Part shown: piece by piece, positions 22,101-31,442 of the stretch
Layout: each line of letters starts with the position of its first letter
How positions within the stretch are numbered: position 1 is the first letter of the stretch
DNA from: Obrimoposthia wandeli
Taxonomy: Eukaryota
Length of the DNA stretch: 64,000 nt
Direction: 5' to 3'
NCBI GenBank assembly: GCA_977020255.1
Contig: CDROCS010000506.1
Span: 2,542,001 to 2,606,000 of the forward strand
Program-made: the position numbers and the translations under genes
The notes under the pieces: generated by a model
Database searches by the model: none
Seen by the model: the letters and a program-made list of their open reading frames with translations, nothing else
What the model was told of the DNA's origin: nothing

Positions 22101-22483
22101 TGTTTTTTTAACGCTGTTTGGCTGGAGTTTTGTCTGGCAATCTCTTGCTCGACTTTATTGACTGGCCAATCACTGGCATCAGCAAAGATGGCCGGTTTAT
22201 AGTCGTTGATCAGTGCTCTTAAAGTTTGCGATGTGACAGGATAGTCATCAATGATATTTTGATAATTTGCCGCTGTTTGACGTGCATGGTTATCTTCGCT
22301 TAAATCTTTTAAGGCTTGTTGATAGTATTTGAGTTGTAATTTAATCGAGGGGGTCGGCTCTAGTTCTTCCAGCTGAGCAATGGTGTTATTAAGCTGTGCT
22401 TCACCATAACTAAACTGTGCCTGAACTGGCGTAATAAATAATGAAAATAGAATAAGTAAAATTACATAATTTTTAGTCATCAT
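19145..22483 (-). CDS. mscM: miniconductance mechanosensitive channel MscM (YjeP)
   Basis: 1112 aa; periplasmic coiled coil plus TM region plus MscS core ([29 protein letters not shown]); sits next to psd. Confidence 0.92.
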   Translation of the reverse strand: [1112 protein letters not shown]

Positions 22484-22554
22484 AATATTTCATAAGTACG
22501 GCGCATAACGTCATTGATATTAATTTATTGATTATCAATGTCGGTTATTGAGTA

Positions 22555-23412
22555 CTATTTTTTTCCTGCATGCCAAGTTTCAAAGAGGGCGGCTGAGACC
22601 ACTAATACGCCTCCGGTGATGGTGGCAGCATTGGGGATTTCACCTAAAAAGGGGATCGCTAGCAAACTACCATAAAGCGGTTGTAAGCAGGAGATAAGTC
22701 CCACTGTTTTCGCTTTTAGGTAACGTAATGCTGTAACTAGCAGTGTGTGCGGCATTGCGGTAAAGCAAATACCTAACACAACTAATAACGTCCAATTGTC
22801 ATTATTTATACTCGCCAAGTCTACACTCAAAAATGGTGAAAGCATACACGCGGTTAATAATGTTTGATAAAACATTGTGTGAGGACCGCTGTATTGCGAG
22901 AGCTTACGTTTGTAGAGAATATTTCTTAAGGTAAACAAAAATGCAGAGCTAATGCCGCTAATAATACCCAGTGTCACTTCGTTCTCTAAAGACAACTCTG
23001 GTACCAACAAGCTGATGCCGAATAACACCACACAGGCCGATAAGACATCCTGACCTTGGATCTTTTCTTTATTAAACAGCGGTTCTAAAAATACTGTCAT
23101 GACAGGATAAGTGTAGAAGGCAATAAGTCCAATCGCAATGGTCGACAATTGCATGCCCAAGAAAAAGGTTACCCAATGCGCGCCTACTAATGCGGCTAAT
23201 AAAATTGCCCAACCATAGTCACTCAACTTATTTAATCGCAATGGCTGTTTGGTTACTTTTAATAATAAAAGCAAGACGGTCGCGGCGATGACACAACGAA
23301 TAATGGTGATATCAAGGGCGCTTAATGGAATTAGTTTGGAAAATAATGTCGTGCCACCCAGTAATAGCGTCGCCGAGTGGAGTGCCAAAAGGCCTTGTTT
23401 ACGTTCTTCCAT
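22555..23412 (-). CDS. DMT/EamA family transporter
   Basis: Two EamA repeats and about 10 hydrophobic segments. ATG 23412 is preferred over TTG 23433. Confidence 0.88.
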   Translation of the reverse strand: MEERKQGLLALHSATLLLGGTTLFSKLIPLSALDITIIRCVIAATVLLLLLKVTKQPLRLNKLSDYGWAILLAALVGAHWVTFFLGMQLSTIAIGLIAFYTYPVMTVFLEPLFNKEKIQGQDVLSACVVLFGISLLVPELSLENEVTLGIISGISSAFLFTLRNILYKRKLSQYSGPHTMFYQTLLTACMLSPFLSVDLASINNDNWTLLVVLGICFTAMPHTLLVTALRYLKAKTVGLISCLQPLYGSLLAIPFLGEIPNAATITGGVLVVSAALFETWHAGKK

Positions 23413-23504
23413 TAATTGCTTACATCCTTGCAATAGCTAGCCAGTTCAATTGGCATTATGAGTTAGGGGATTTTTTATTTTTGTTAGTGCGGTGGCGTAA
23501 ATAT

Positions 23505-23530
23505 ACCCGTTACAGCGGTGTGTAACGGGT
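23505..23530. terminator. hairpin downstream of psd
   Basis: Perfect 10-bp stem ACCCGTTACA/TGTAACGGGT; weak U tract. Confidence 0.5.
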
Positions 23531-23563
23531 TAATCGTGCTAATTAATGACGCGAGTTAAGCGC

Positions 23564-24424
23564 TTATTTAGTTTTGATACGAGCGAATGCTTCACCCATT
23601 ATCGTTGGTGCTGTTGGCTGTAGTTCATCAACAAACTCAATCGCGTCTTTCGCAAACACGGCAACGATAGTTGAACCCAGTTTAAAGCGACCCATTTCTG
23701 CACCTTTTTCGATAACGATTGGTGCTTGGTTTTCATATGTCCAACGCACTATTTCTTTATTCTTCGAGGGTGCCACTGTGCCGTGCCAGATTGTTTCAAT
23801 GGAAGCAACGATTGTTGCGCCAACTAATACCATGGCAAACGGACCGACTTCGGTATCAAAGATAGCGATAGCACGTTCGTTACGGGCAAATAGGTTTGGT
23901 ACATTTTGCGCGGTCAGTGGGTTTACTGAAAACAGATCGCCCGGCGCAAAAATCATTTCTTTTAACGTGCCAGTCATTGGCATGTGAATACGATGGTAAT
24001 CGCGTGGCGATAAATAGACCGTCGCAAAGTCACCGTCTTCAAATTTGTTAGCGAGTTGACGATCGCCGCCAAGTAATTCACACACACTGTAGTCATGACC
24101 TTTAGCTTGAACAATACGACCTTGCGTAATTGGACCTGCTTGGCTTACTGCGCCGTCTACGGGTTGACATAACATGTTGTCGTCAGCATTGATTGGACGT
24201 ACGCCTTCTTTTAACTCACGGGTAAAGAAGTCGTTAAATGTTTGGAAGTGTGCAGGATCTGAATGTTTCGCTTCATCCATGTTTACATTGTAACGCTTGA
24301 CGAACCAAGTGATTACATTGGTGGTTACTTTGCCATGCGCGCCGGCTGCGAATAAACCAATAAGACGAGATAAACCGTGTTGAGGAAAGCAGTATTGGGC
24401 AATAACTTTAAGCTTGTCTAGCAC
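23564..24424 (-). CDS. psd: phosphatidylserine decarboxylase proenzyme
   Basis: [38 protein letters not shown] self-cleavage motif. Confidence 0.97.
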   Translation of the reverse strand: MLDKLKVIAQYCFPQHGLSRLIGLFAAGAHGKVTTNVITWFVKRYNVNMDEAKHSDPAHFQTFNDFFTRELKEGVRPINADDNMLCQPVDGAVSQAGPITQGRIVQAKGHDYSVCELLGGDRQLANKFEDGDFATVYLSPRDYHRIHMPMTGTLKEMIFAPGDLFSVNPLTAQNVPNLFARNERAIAIFDTEVGPFAMVLVGATIVASIETIWHGTVAPSKNKEIVRWTYENQAPIVIEKGAEMGRFKLGSTIVAVFAKDAIEFVDELQPTAPTIMGEAFARIKTK

Positions 24425-24616
24425 CTGAGAGCCTCTTAAATAGTTGAATAATGATAATTAAATAGAATTAACGCCATTGTAACAAGTTTGACTATTGTTG
24501 TCAGAATTAGCTGTTGTCATAATTTGCGTCATGAGTTTGAGCTGATAATCGTTACCTTGCTATTTGTAGCAGCAAGATAACCTTGATTATATTTTTTATT
24601 ACGTCAGGAGCGCGTG

Positions 24617-25657
24617 TTATTTACGCACTGGAACATGACGCGTTGGACGATTATCTAACATGGTTTCTAATATACGTAGGTAGTTGTCAAAGCGTACTTT
24701 TTTGATCTTGCCTTGTTTTATCGCATCTTGTAGTGCACAACCTGGGTCGTTTTTATGCTTACAATCGCGGAAACGACATTCACCTAAGAAATCGCGGAAC
24801 TCGATAAAGCCGTTCGCTATCTCTTCTGGTTTCATGTGCCACAACGAGAATTCACGTACCCCTGGTGAATCAATTAAATCACCACCTGATGGAAAGTGAT
24901 ATAAACGCGCAGTCGTTGTTGTGTGAGTACCCAGACCTGATTTTTCTGATACGTCACCCACTTCGACATCTAGTTCAGGCATTAATGCATTAACCAGTGA
25001 TGATTTCCCTACGCCTGATTGACCAACAAAGATAGTGGTATTATCTTTTAATAGGTGTTGCAACTCAGATAAACCTTTACCTTCGAGAGAGGATACTTGC
25101 CATACTTCATAGCCGATATCACGGTAAGTTTGTAGTTGTCTGTTAATGGTAAATAATTCATCAGTGGTTAATAAATCAATTTTGTTTAATAAGATCACTG
25201 GACGAATTTTTACATCTTCAGCTGCAACGATATAGCGGTCGATAATATTCGTTGAGAATTCTGGTACGACAGAGGATACGATCACAATTTGATCAATATT
25301 GGCAGCGATGGGTTTAATACCATCGTAGAAATCAGGACGTGTTAACACGGTTCTGCGTTCGTGTACTGCTTCGATAATACCAGAAATGCCTTGCAGCTGT
25401 TCATTACCTAAGCGCCAAACAACACGGTCACCCGTTACTAAGCTCGCAATAGAACGACGTAGATTACAACGGTGAATGATACCATCTTCAGCTTCTACAT
25501 CCGCATGTTGACCAAAGCGGCTAATGACCACACCTTCTTGCTTTTTGCCGAGAAGAGAGTCATCCCATTCTTTTGTATCTGGCTTTTCTAGACGTTTAGT
25601 CTGGTTGCTACGTACACGACGTATTTGACCTTGGGTTAGATGTTTCTTTTTAGCCAC
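24617..25657 (-). CDS. rsgA: ribosome small subunit GTPase RsgA
   Basis: [36 protein letters not shown] Zn site. Confidence 0.98.
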   Translation of the reverse strand: MAKKKHLTQGQIRRVRSNQTKRLEKPDTKEWDDSLLGKKQEGVVISRFGQHADVEAEDGIIHRCNLRRSIASLVTGDRVVWRLGNEQLQGISGIIEAVHERRTVLTRPDFYDGIKPIAANIDQIVIVSSVVPEFSTNIIDRYIVAAEDVKIRPVILLNKIDLLTTDELFTINRQLQTYRDIGYEVWQVSSLEGKGLSELQHLLKDNTTIFVGQSGVGKSSLVNALMPELDVEVGDVSEKSGLGTHTTTTARLYHFPSGGDLIDSPGVREFSLWHMKPEEIANGFIEFRDFLGECRFRDCKHKNDPGCALQDAIKQGKIKKVRFDNYLRILETMLDNRPTRHVPVRK

Positions 25658-25787
25658 GGGTAATTTAATTCCTGAGTTGTAACAACACGTATTGTAGTAC
25701 AGCTGTTGCTGAACATCGCATTTCGAGGTCGATAAGGTATAATAACCTTAAACATACGATTACACGACAACTATTAGGATCTCCTCT

Positions 25788-26354
25788 ATGCAACTTGCCG
25801 ACAATACCGCGCAATTTAATGAAAATAATTTAGTTTGGATTGACTTAGAAATGACAGGTCTTGATCCAGAAAAATGTCTGATCATTGAAATTGCCACTAT
25901 CGTTACCGATAGTGAATTAAATATTCTTGCAGAAGGACCTGTATTAGCGATTCATCAAGATAAAACCGAACTTGATAAGATGGATGAGTGGTGTACAACC
26001 CACCATACCAATTCAGGTCTGGTTAAACGCGTATTAGCGAGTGAAGTGACTGAAAAAGAGGCGGTTGCTCAAACGCTAGCGTTCTTACATAAATGGGTAC
26101 CGGCAGGTAAATCACCATTATGTGGTAATAGTATTGGTCAGGACCGACGCTTTTTGGTTAAGTACATGACGGATTTAGATGATTATTTCCATTACCGAAA
26201 TGTTGATGTAAGCACGATTAAAGAATTAGGCCGTCGTTGGTGCCCTGAGGTTGTAGCGAGTTTTCACAAGCAAGGTTTGCATTTAGCATTGGATGATATT
26301 CGTGAATCAATCGGCGAATTACAGCATTATCGTCAACATATGTTTAAAATTTAA
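25788..26354 (+). CDS. orn: oligoribonuclease
   Basis: [43 protein letters not shown]. Confidence 0.98.
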   Translation: MQLADNTAQFNENNLVWIDLEMTGLDPEKCLIIEIATIVTDSELNILAEGPVLAIHQDKTELDKMDEWCTTHHTNSGLVKRVLASEVTEKEAVAQTLAFLHKWVPAGKSPLCGNSIGQDRRFLVKYMTDLDDYFHYRNVDVSTIKELGRRWCPEVVASFHKQGLHLALDDIRESIGELQHYRQHMFKI

Positions 26355-26385
26355 GCACTGAAACGACTGGTTAGATAATTTTACG

Positions 26386-26424
26386 ACCTTATAGTCGAAA
26401 CATTCGGCGATATAAGGTTTTTTT
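26386..26424 (+). terminator. terminator after orn
   Basis: ACCTTATA-GTCGAA aca TTCGGC-gaTATAAGGT followed by a T run. Confidence 0.7.
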
Positions 26425-26446
26425 ATCATAAAGCCTAGCTCTATGC

Positions 26447-26482
26447 TTGCAAAAACCAGTCGGTTCTATATAATTCGGCACC
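26447..26482 (+). promoter_or_regulatory. stable-RNA promoter of the tRNA-Gly array
   Basis: TTGCAA-N16-TATAAT followed by a GC-rich discriminator TCGGCACC. Confidence 0.85.
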
Positions 26483-26493
26483 TAAGATGATAT

Positions 26494-26569
26494 GCGGTAC
26501 TAGCTCAGTTGGTAGAGCGCAACCTTGCCAAGGTTGAGGTCAAGAGTTCGAGCCTCTTGTACCGCTCCA
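26494..26569 (+). tRNA. tRNA-Gly(GCC) copy 1
   Basis: 76-nt cloverleaf: GCGGTAC/GTACCGC acceptor stem, GCC anticodon, TTCGA T loop, U73, encoded CCA. Confidence 0.98.
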
Positions 26570-26602
26570 ATCTTATCTTAGAATGAAAAGTAGAATACCA
26601 AA

Positions 26603-26678
26603 GCGGTACTAGCTCAGTTGGTAGAGCGCAACCTTGCCAAGGTTGAGGTCAAGAGTTCGAGCCTCTTGTACCGCTCCA
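26603..26678 (+). tRNA. tRNA-Gly(GCC) copy 2
   Basis: Identical to copy 1. Confidence 0.98.
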
Positions 26679-26749
26679 AATTCAGATTGATTTGGATGTT
26701 AATTCATTCGGGTGAATCGAATAGTTGAGAAACTTTAAATCACAGTGAT

Positions 26750-26825
26750 GCGGTACTAGCTCAGTTGGTAGAGCGCAACCTTGCCAAGGTTGAGGTCAAG
26801 AGTTCGAGCCTCTTGTACCGCTCCA
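26750..26825 (+). tRNA. tRNA-Gly(GCC) copy 3
   Basis: Identical to copy 1. Confidence 0.98.
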
Positions 26826-26884
26826 ATTTCTTTCTTCATACCATGATGAATGGGATAAGTTGAGAAACTATAAATCAAAATGAA

Positions 26885-26960
26885 GCGGTACTAGCTCAGT
26901 TGGTAGAGCGCAACCTTGCCAAGGTTGAGGTCAAGAGTTCGAGCCTCTTGTACCGCTCCA
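26885..26960 (+). tRNA. tRNA-Gly(GCC) copy 4
   Basis: Identical to copy 1. Confidence 0.98.
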
Positions 26961-27021
26961 ATCTCTCTCTTCACTCCATGATGAAAGAGATACAGTTCCT
27001 GAAACTTTAAATCAGACCGAA

Positions 27022-27097
27022 GCGGTACTAGCTCAGTTGGTAGAGCGCAACCTTGCCAAGGTTGAGGTCAAGAGTTCGAGCCTCTTGTACCGCTCCA
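27022..27097 (+). tRNA. tRNA-Gly(GCC) copy 5
   Basis: Identical to copy 1. Confidence 0.98.
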
Positions 27098-27157
27098 ATT
27101 TCTTTCGTCATACCATGATGATAGGAATATAGTTGAGAAACTTTAAATCACAATGAA

Positions 27158-27233
27158 GCGGTACTAGCTCAGTTGGTAGAGCGCAACCTTGCCAAGGTTG
27201 AGGTCAAGAGTTCGAGCCTCTTGTACCGCTCCA
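27158..27233 (+). tRNA. tRNA-Gly(GCC) copy 6
   Basis: Identical to copy 1. Confidence 0.98.
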
Positions 27234-27305
27234 AATTCAGATTTGTTTGAATGTTAATTCACTCGAGTAAATCGAATAGTTCCTGAAACTTTAAATCAGA
27301 CAGAA

Positions 27306-27381
27306 GCGGTACTAGCTCAGTTGGTAGAGCGCAACCTTGCCAAGGTTGAGGTCAAGAGTTCGAGCCTCTTGTACCGCTCCA
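27306..27381 (+). tRNA. tRNA-Gly(GCC) copy 7
   Basis: Identical to copy 1. Confidence 0.98.
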
Positions 27382-27454
27382 ATTTTTTGTATTAAAAGTC
27401 TTTCTTCACACCATGATGAAAGAGATAAGTTGAGAAACTATAAATCAGAATGAA

Positions 27455-27530
27455 GCGGTACTAGCTCAGTTGGTAGAGCGCAACCTTGCCAAGGTTGAGG
27501 TCAAGAGTTCGAGCCTCTTGTACCGCTCCA
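27455..27530 (+). tRNA. tRNA-Gly(GCC) copy 8
   Basis: Identical to copy 1. Confidence 0.98.
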
Positions 27531-27665
27531 ATTTCTCCCCCTTATAATCTCTTAGTTTATAACATTCCCTTTTACTATCTCTCTTTATTACCTTCATTAT
27601 TATAAAATCCAAAACTATCTATTTATAGCCACTAATTTTTATCCCATGTCATTTAGACCAATTGC

Positions 27666-27716
27666 ACTTATTTATTCAATGTTATAGTACTTATTTATTC
27701 AATATTATAGTACTTA
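27666..27716 (+). repeat. 23-bp tandem duplication (2.2 copies)
   Basis: ACTTATTTATTCAAT(G/A)TTATAGT x2 plus ACTTA; 1 mismatch. Confidence 0.9.
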
Positions 27717-27793
27717 GTCGTTCACTGCTTGCTGCTTACATTGAGACAAGCTAAGTATTTGTTTTGGAAACTAATATAATCTCAAGGATTGAC

Positions 27794-28285
27794 ATGAAAG
27801 CCGATAATAAACTCAGTAAAATCGTTAAGAAAGTCACGCTACTGCCAAAGGGTTGCCATGCCGCAACATTGTCTTTGGTATTTGGCAAAGTCATTAAATT
27901 TGCAGGTACCTCAAAAGTACGTGTCGAAAAATTAGATTTTTCAGGCTCTAAACTGAGCTTAAAAAACCGTAAACGCGTGCAAAACCATATCGGTGGTGTA
28001 CATGCTGCAGCAATGGCGTTATTGGGTGAATCAGCGACCGGTTTTTTGATTGGTATGCATGTACCTGACAACCGTATTCCATTATTAAAGAATATGAACA
28101 TCGATTATGTTCGTCGTGCGGCTGGGGATTTAACGGCGGTAGCGACTTTAACGGATGAGCAGATTAACCATATTCGCAGTACTGAAAAAGGCGATATCTC
28201 GGTACCAGTCCTTATCACCGACAGTGAAGGTAATGAACCGATTAAAGCCGAATTCATTTGGGCTTGGGTACCGAAAAAACGTTAA
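27794..28285 (+). CDS. hot-dog fold thioesterase (PaaI/DUF4442-like)
   Basis: VQNHIGGVHAAAMALLGESATG motif. ATG 27794 follows AAGGA. Confidence 0.85.
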   Translation: MKADNKLSKIVKKVTLLPKGCHAATLSLVFGKVIKFAGTSKVRVEKLDFSGSKLSLKNRKRVQNHIGGVHAAAMALLGESATGFLIGMHVPDNRIPLLKNMNIDYVRRAAGDLTAVATLTDEQINHIRSTEKGDISVPVLITDSEGNEPIKAEFIWAWVPKKR

Positions 28286-28297
28286 TTTACGTACTTG

Positions 28298-28383
28298 TAT
28301 ACCGAAACGACAGTGACGTAATACTTGTGTTGGGGCAAATACCAATACCAACAAGATTACGTTGAATAAGTGGTTTCGGTATA
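28298..28383. repeat. 86-bp MITE-like inverted-repeat element
   Basis: Terminal IRs TATACCGAAAC...GTTTCGGTATA; internal arms ACGTAAT/ATTACGT and CTTG..GTTGG/CCAACAAG. Confidence 0.6.
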
Positions 28384-28632
28384 ATCCTGCCATCACATTT
28401 CGTTGTTATCTATAAAATACCCGGCTTTCAATAAAATGCTTTGTGATTACACTTAACTATATAATAGTAGGTAGGTTTTTAGTTGTCGTTTAGATCAAAT
28501 ACCCTATTCATTGTTAGTTGCTCGTCATATTGCTGAAACAACTTGATTTTTATAGTTAACAAGAACATTGTGTAGCTCATAAAAATAATCTTCAGTTAAT
28601 CTAATCAAATTTACTTCAATTAGAGGTGTGGC

Positions 28633-30000
28633 ATGTCGGTATACAGTACCTTATGTTTTCTCGCTGCAATTGCTATTTTCATTGCGTTTATTAATAGCAA
28701 AATTGGCAAGATGCAAACAACCGTTGCGATAACAGCGGGATCAATAATACTGTCTTTAGGTATTGTGATTGCGGGTCAAAGCGGCTGGTTCCATTTAGAA
28801 ACAATCGCCACAGAGCAATTAAATAGTATCAACTTTGAAAGCTTTTTATTAAAAGGCATCTTAGGCTTCCTATTATTTGCTGGCGGCTTAGGCATCAAGT
28901 TAGCGCACATGAGGGACCAGAAATGGGAAATCACTGTGTTAGCGCTGGTGGCGACGTTATTCTCAACCGCTTTTATTGGTGGGGTATTATGGGGATTCTG
29001 TCAGCTTGTTGGTATTCCATTAGATTTCATCTATTGCTTACTGTTTGGTGCGCTTATTTCACCGACGGATCCGATTGCGGTACTGGCGATTGTGAAGAAT
29101 CTCGATGCACCGCAGCGTATTTCAACGCAAATCGAAGGTGAATCATTGTTTAATGATGGTTTTGGTTTAGTGATCTTTATGACGCTATTTACCGTTGCCT
29201 TTGGTAGTGAAGCGCCGACGGTGAGCAGTGTGACTCAGTTGTTCCTGCATGAAGCGATTGGTGGCATCCTCTATGGTCTTGCACTTGGTTTGGTATTCCA
29301 TTATTTAATCAGCTCGACGAACGATCACTCGATGGAACTATTACTGACGATCGCGATACCAACCGCGGGTTATGTATTTGCCGATATTATCCATGTTTCG
29401 GGTCCATTAGCCATGGTTGTTGCAGGTATCATGATTGGTAACTGGACGCGTCAAAAAGGCTTTTCACCAGAAAGTGAGTACCACTTAGATCACTTCTGGG
29501 AACTGGTCGATGAATTCCTCAATGGTATTCTATTCTTGTTGATTGGTATGGCTATGTTGTTGTTTAGCTTCCATAAAGAAGATTGGATCTTGATGGTTTT
29601 TGCTATTCCATTGGTATTGATAGCGCGTTATTTAAGCGTGAAATTCTGTTATTTATTCTTCAATCGTTTTCGTCGTTACAATCCGTTCTCTGTGAGGATC
29701 CTGACATGGGGTGGCTTACGTGGTGGTTTAGCGTTGGCGATGGCGTTGGCCATTCCAGCTGGGGTATTTATTATTCCAGAGAAAAATATCGATGTACGAG
29801 AAATTATTCTGGTCATGACTTATTCCGTTGTGGTGTTCTCTATTTTGGTACAAGGCTCAAGTATTACAGGTCTAATCCATAAAGCGAAAGCGTGGGAAGC
29901 ACAACAGCTGGTAGAAAAAACCATTGCTACAGCTGAAAGTAGTGTTGATGAGAGTATTGGCGAAAGTGTTGATAGTCAGGTTGATAAAAACGAAAAATAA
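28633..30000 (+). CDS. Na+/H+ antiporter, CPA1/NhaP family
   Basis: FGALISPTDPIAVLAI, IEGESLFNDG, SGPLAMVVAG, WGGLRGGLALAMAL. Confidence 0.95.
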   Translation: MSVYSTLCFLAAIAIFIAFINSKIGKMQTTVAITAGSIILSLGIVIAGQSGWFHLETIATEQLNSINFESFLLKGILGFLLFAGGLGIKLAHMRDQKWEITVLALVATLFSTAFIGGVLWGFCQLVGIPLDFIYCLLFGALISPTDPIAVLAIVKNLDAPQRISTQIEGESLFNDGFGLVIFMTLFTVAFGSEAPTVSSVTQLFLHEAIGGILYGLALGLVFHYLISSTNDHSMELLLTIAIPTAGYVFADIIHVSGPLAMVVAGIMIGNWTRQKGFSPESEYHLDHFWELVDEFLNGILFLLIGMAMLLFSFHKEDWILMVFAIPLVLIARYLSVKFCYLFFNRFRRYNPFSVRILTWGGLRGGLALAMALAIPAGVFIIPEKNIDVREIILVMTYSVVVFSILVQGSSITGLIHKAKAWEAQQLVEKTIATAESSVDESIGESVDSQVDKNEK

Positions 30001-30020
30001 GCGCTAAAGCGATAAATATG

Positions 30021-30053
30021 AAGCGCGTAGGGGACTGTCCTCTACGCGCTTTT
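30021..30053. terminator. terminator (nhaP-like / queG convergence)
   Basis: AAGCGCGTAGgGGA ctg TCCtCTACGCGCTTTT. Confidence 0.85.
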
Positions 30054-30090
30054 GTTATCTCATGCTTGTACTTTTAACTGTAACTTTTAA

Positions 30091-31233
30091 CTAGGCATCG
30101 CGTGGCAGGGCTTTCTCAACCATACGAATTAATTTATCTTTGGTTTTATCTATCTGTAATACCGGAATAATATTGTCTGCTTTGGCTTGCTGTTGTTGCA
30201 GTGCCCAAGTGATGTGCTCTTGTACCATCTCGGTTGTTTCTACAAACTTGGCTTCTAAAGCGGCGACAATATCTGTTGAATAAGCCGCGTTACCCAGGGC
30301 CACCGAAATATTACGTAACCAACGTTCGTGGCCAATGCGACGGATCGGCGAGCCTTCCGTTTGTTTTAGAAAATAAGTTTCATCCCACGCATACAGGGTT
30401 AATAATTCAGGCGAATGTAGGTTCGATCTTGGGTGAAAATCTTTTTCGCCAGTGATTGCTGCAAATCGGTTCCACGGGCAGATCAACTGACAATCATCAC
30501 AACCGTAGATTCTATTACCAATTAACGGTCTGTATTGCTCTGGAATTGGCCCGAATAGTTCGATCGTAAGGTAAGAAATACAACGGTTTGCATCGACGCT
30601 GTAAGGTTCGACAATCGCTTGTGTTGGACAAATCTGTAAACAGGCAGTGCATTTACCACATTGATTTTCAATTGGCTTATCAATCGGTAATGGCAGGTTT
30701 ATTAATATTTCGCCAAGAAAAAACCACGAACCAGCTTCTTTATTCAAGATCAGAGAATGTTTACCTGTCCACCCTAAGCCGGCTTTTTCGGCTAATGGAC
30801 GTTCGAGTAAAGGGCCGGTATCTACAAAAGGTCGGGCATCGAGGGTTTCACAATGTTCGCTGATCTTGTCGCCCAATTGTTTCAAGCGTTTACGCACAAT
30901 TTTGTGGTAATCACGACCAAGCGCATAACGGCTAATGTAACCTTTATTTTTTTGTTTTAAGGTTGTCGCCATAAGCGCGTCGGGTGGCATGTAATCCATG
31001 CGCACCGAGATCACGCGAATAGTACCGGGATAAAGTTCTTCTGGATGTGTTCGCATGGTGCCGTAACGTGACATATAATCCATGTCGGCGTGATAACCAT
31101 TATCTAACCAAGTTTGAAAATGCGGTTCGTAGGTTGATAAGTCAGTATCAGCAATACCGACTTGTTGGAAACCAAGCTCTGCCCCCCAGGCTTTAATTTG
31201 TTGCGTAAGTTGTTGATAGTCGATAGGAGGCAT
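30091..31233 (-). CDS. queG: epoxyqueuosine reductase QueG
   Basis: SRYALGRDYHK, FVDTGPLLER, CGKCTACLQICPT, RCISYLTIE, GCDDCQLICPWN. Confidence 0.97.
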   Translation of the reverse strand: MPPIDYQQLTQQIKAWGAELGFQQVGIADTDLSTYEPHFQTWLDNGYHADMDYMSRYGTMRTHPEELYPGTIRVISVRMDYMPPDALMATTLKQKNKGYISRYALGRDYHKIVRKRLKQLGDKISEHCETLDARPFVDTGPLLERPLAEKAGLGWTGKHSLILNKEAGSWFFLGEILINLPLPIDKPIENQCGKCTACLQICPTQAIVEPYSVDANRCISYLTIELFGPIPEQYRPLIGNRIYGCDDCQLICPWNRFAAITGEKDFHPRSNLHSPELLTLYAWDETYFLKQTEGSPIRRIGHERWLRNISVALGNAAYSTDIVAALEAKFVETTEMVQEHITWALQQQQAKADNIIPVLQIDKTKDKLIRMVEKALPRDA

Positions 31234-31442
31234 GGTTTATTATCTGTCTATTAGTAAATTGAGGTAAAGTTTATCATATTGTGGTTTTCTTTGGGCTCGA
31301 CAATTTGTAGAATCGACATACCTGTCCAATTTTATAAGTATGCGTCATGTTAAATACGCATTTAATTGTTCAGTAATGAGTTAGTGTGTTTAGCACTGCT
31401 CAAAATAGCGTTTTATTTTAATGTTTAAGGTAGTTAAATTAG

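Noticed and set aside
22498-22525. dif-like site ACGGCGCATAA-CGTCAT-TGATATTAATT
   Set aside because: Only 16/22 to E. coli dif, with two mismatches in the normally invariant inner TTATG of the XerD arm; lies in the mscM upstream region.
26494-27530. Regular repeat-spacer array resembling CRISPR
   Set aside because: The 76-bp repeats are complete tRNA-Gly cloverleafs with CCA, the spacers are homologous to each other, and there are no cas genes.
27531-27793. Possible integrative element at the tRNA-Gly 3' end
   Set aside because: No integrase downstream and no duplicated tRNA 3' fragment (attR) seen in the window.
31327-31355. dif-like site with a 10/11 XerD arm (TCATGTTAAAT)
   Set aside because: The XerC arm is poor and needs a 7-bp spacer. 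A rough calculation gives a few such 10/11 matches by chance in 64 kb of AT-rich DNA on both strands.
31234-31442. Absence of nnr between queG and tsaE, and of yjeT-purA after hflC
   Set aside because: These are ordinary synteny differences from E. coli, with no gene remnants visible.
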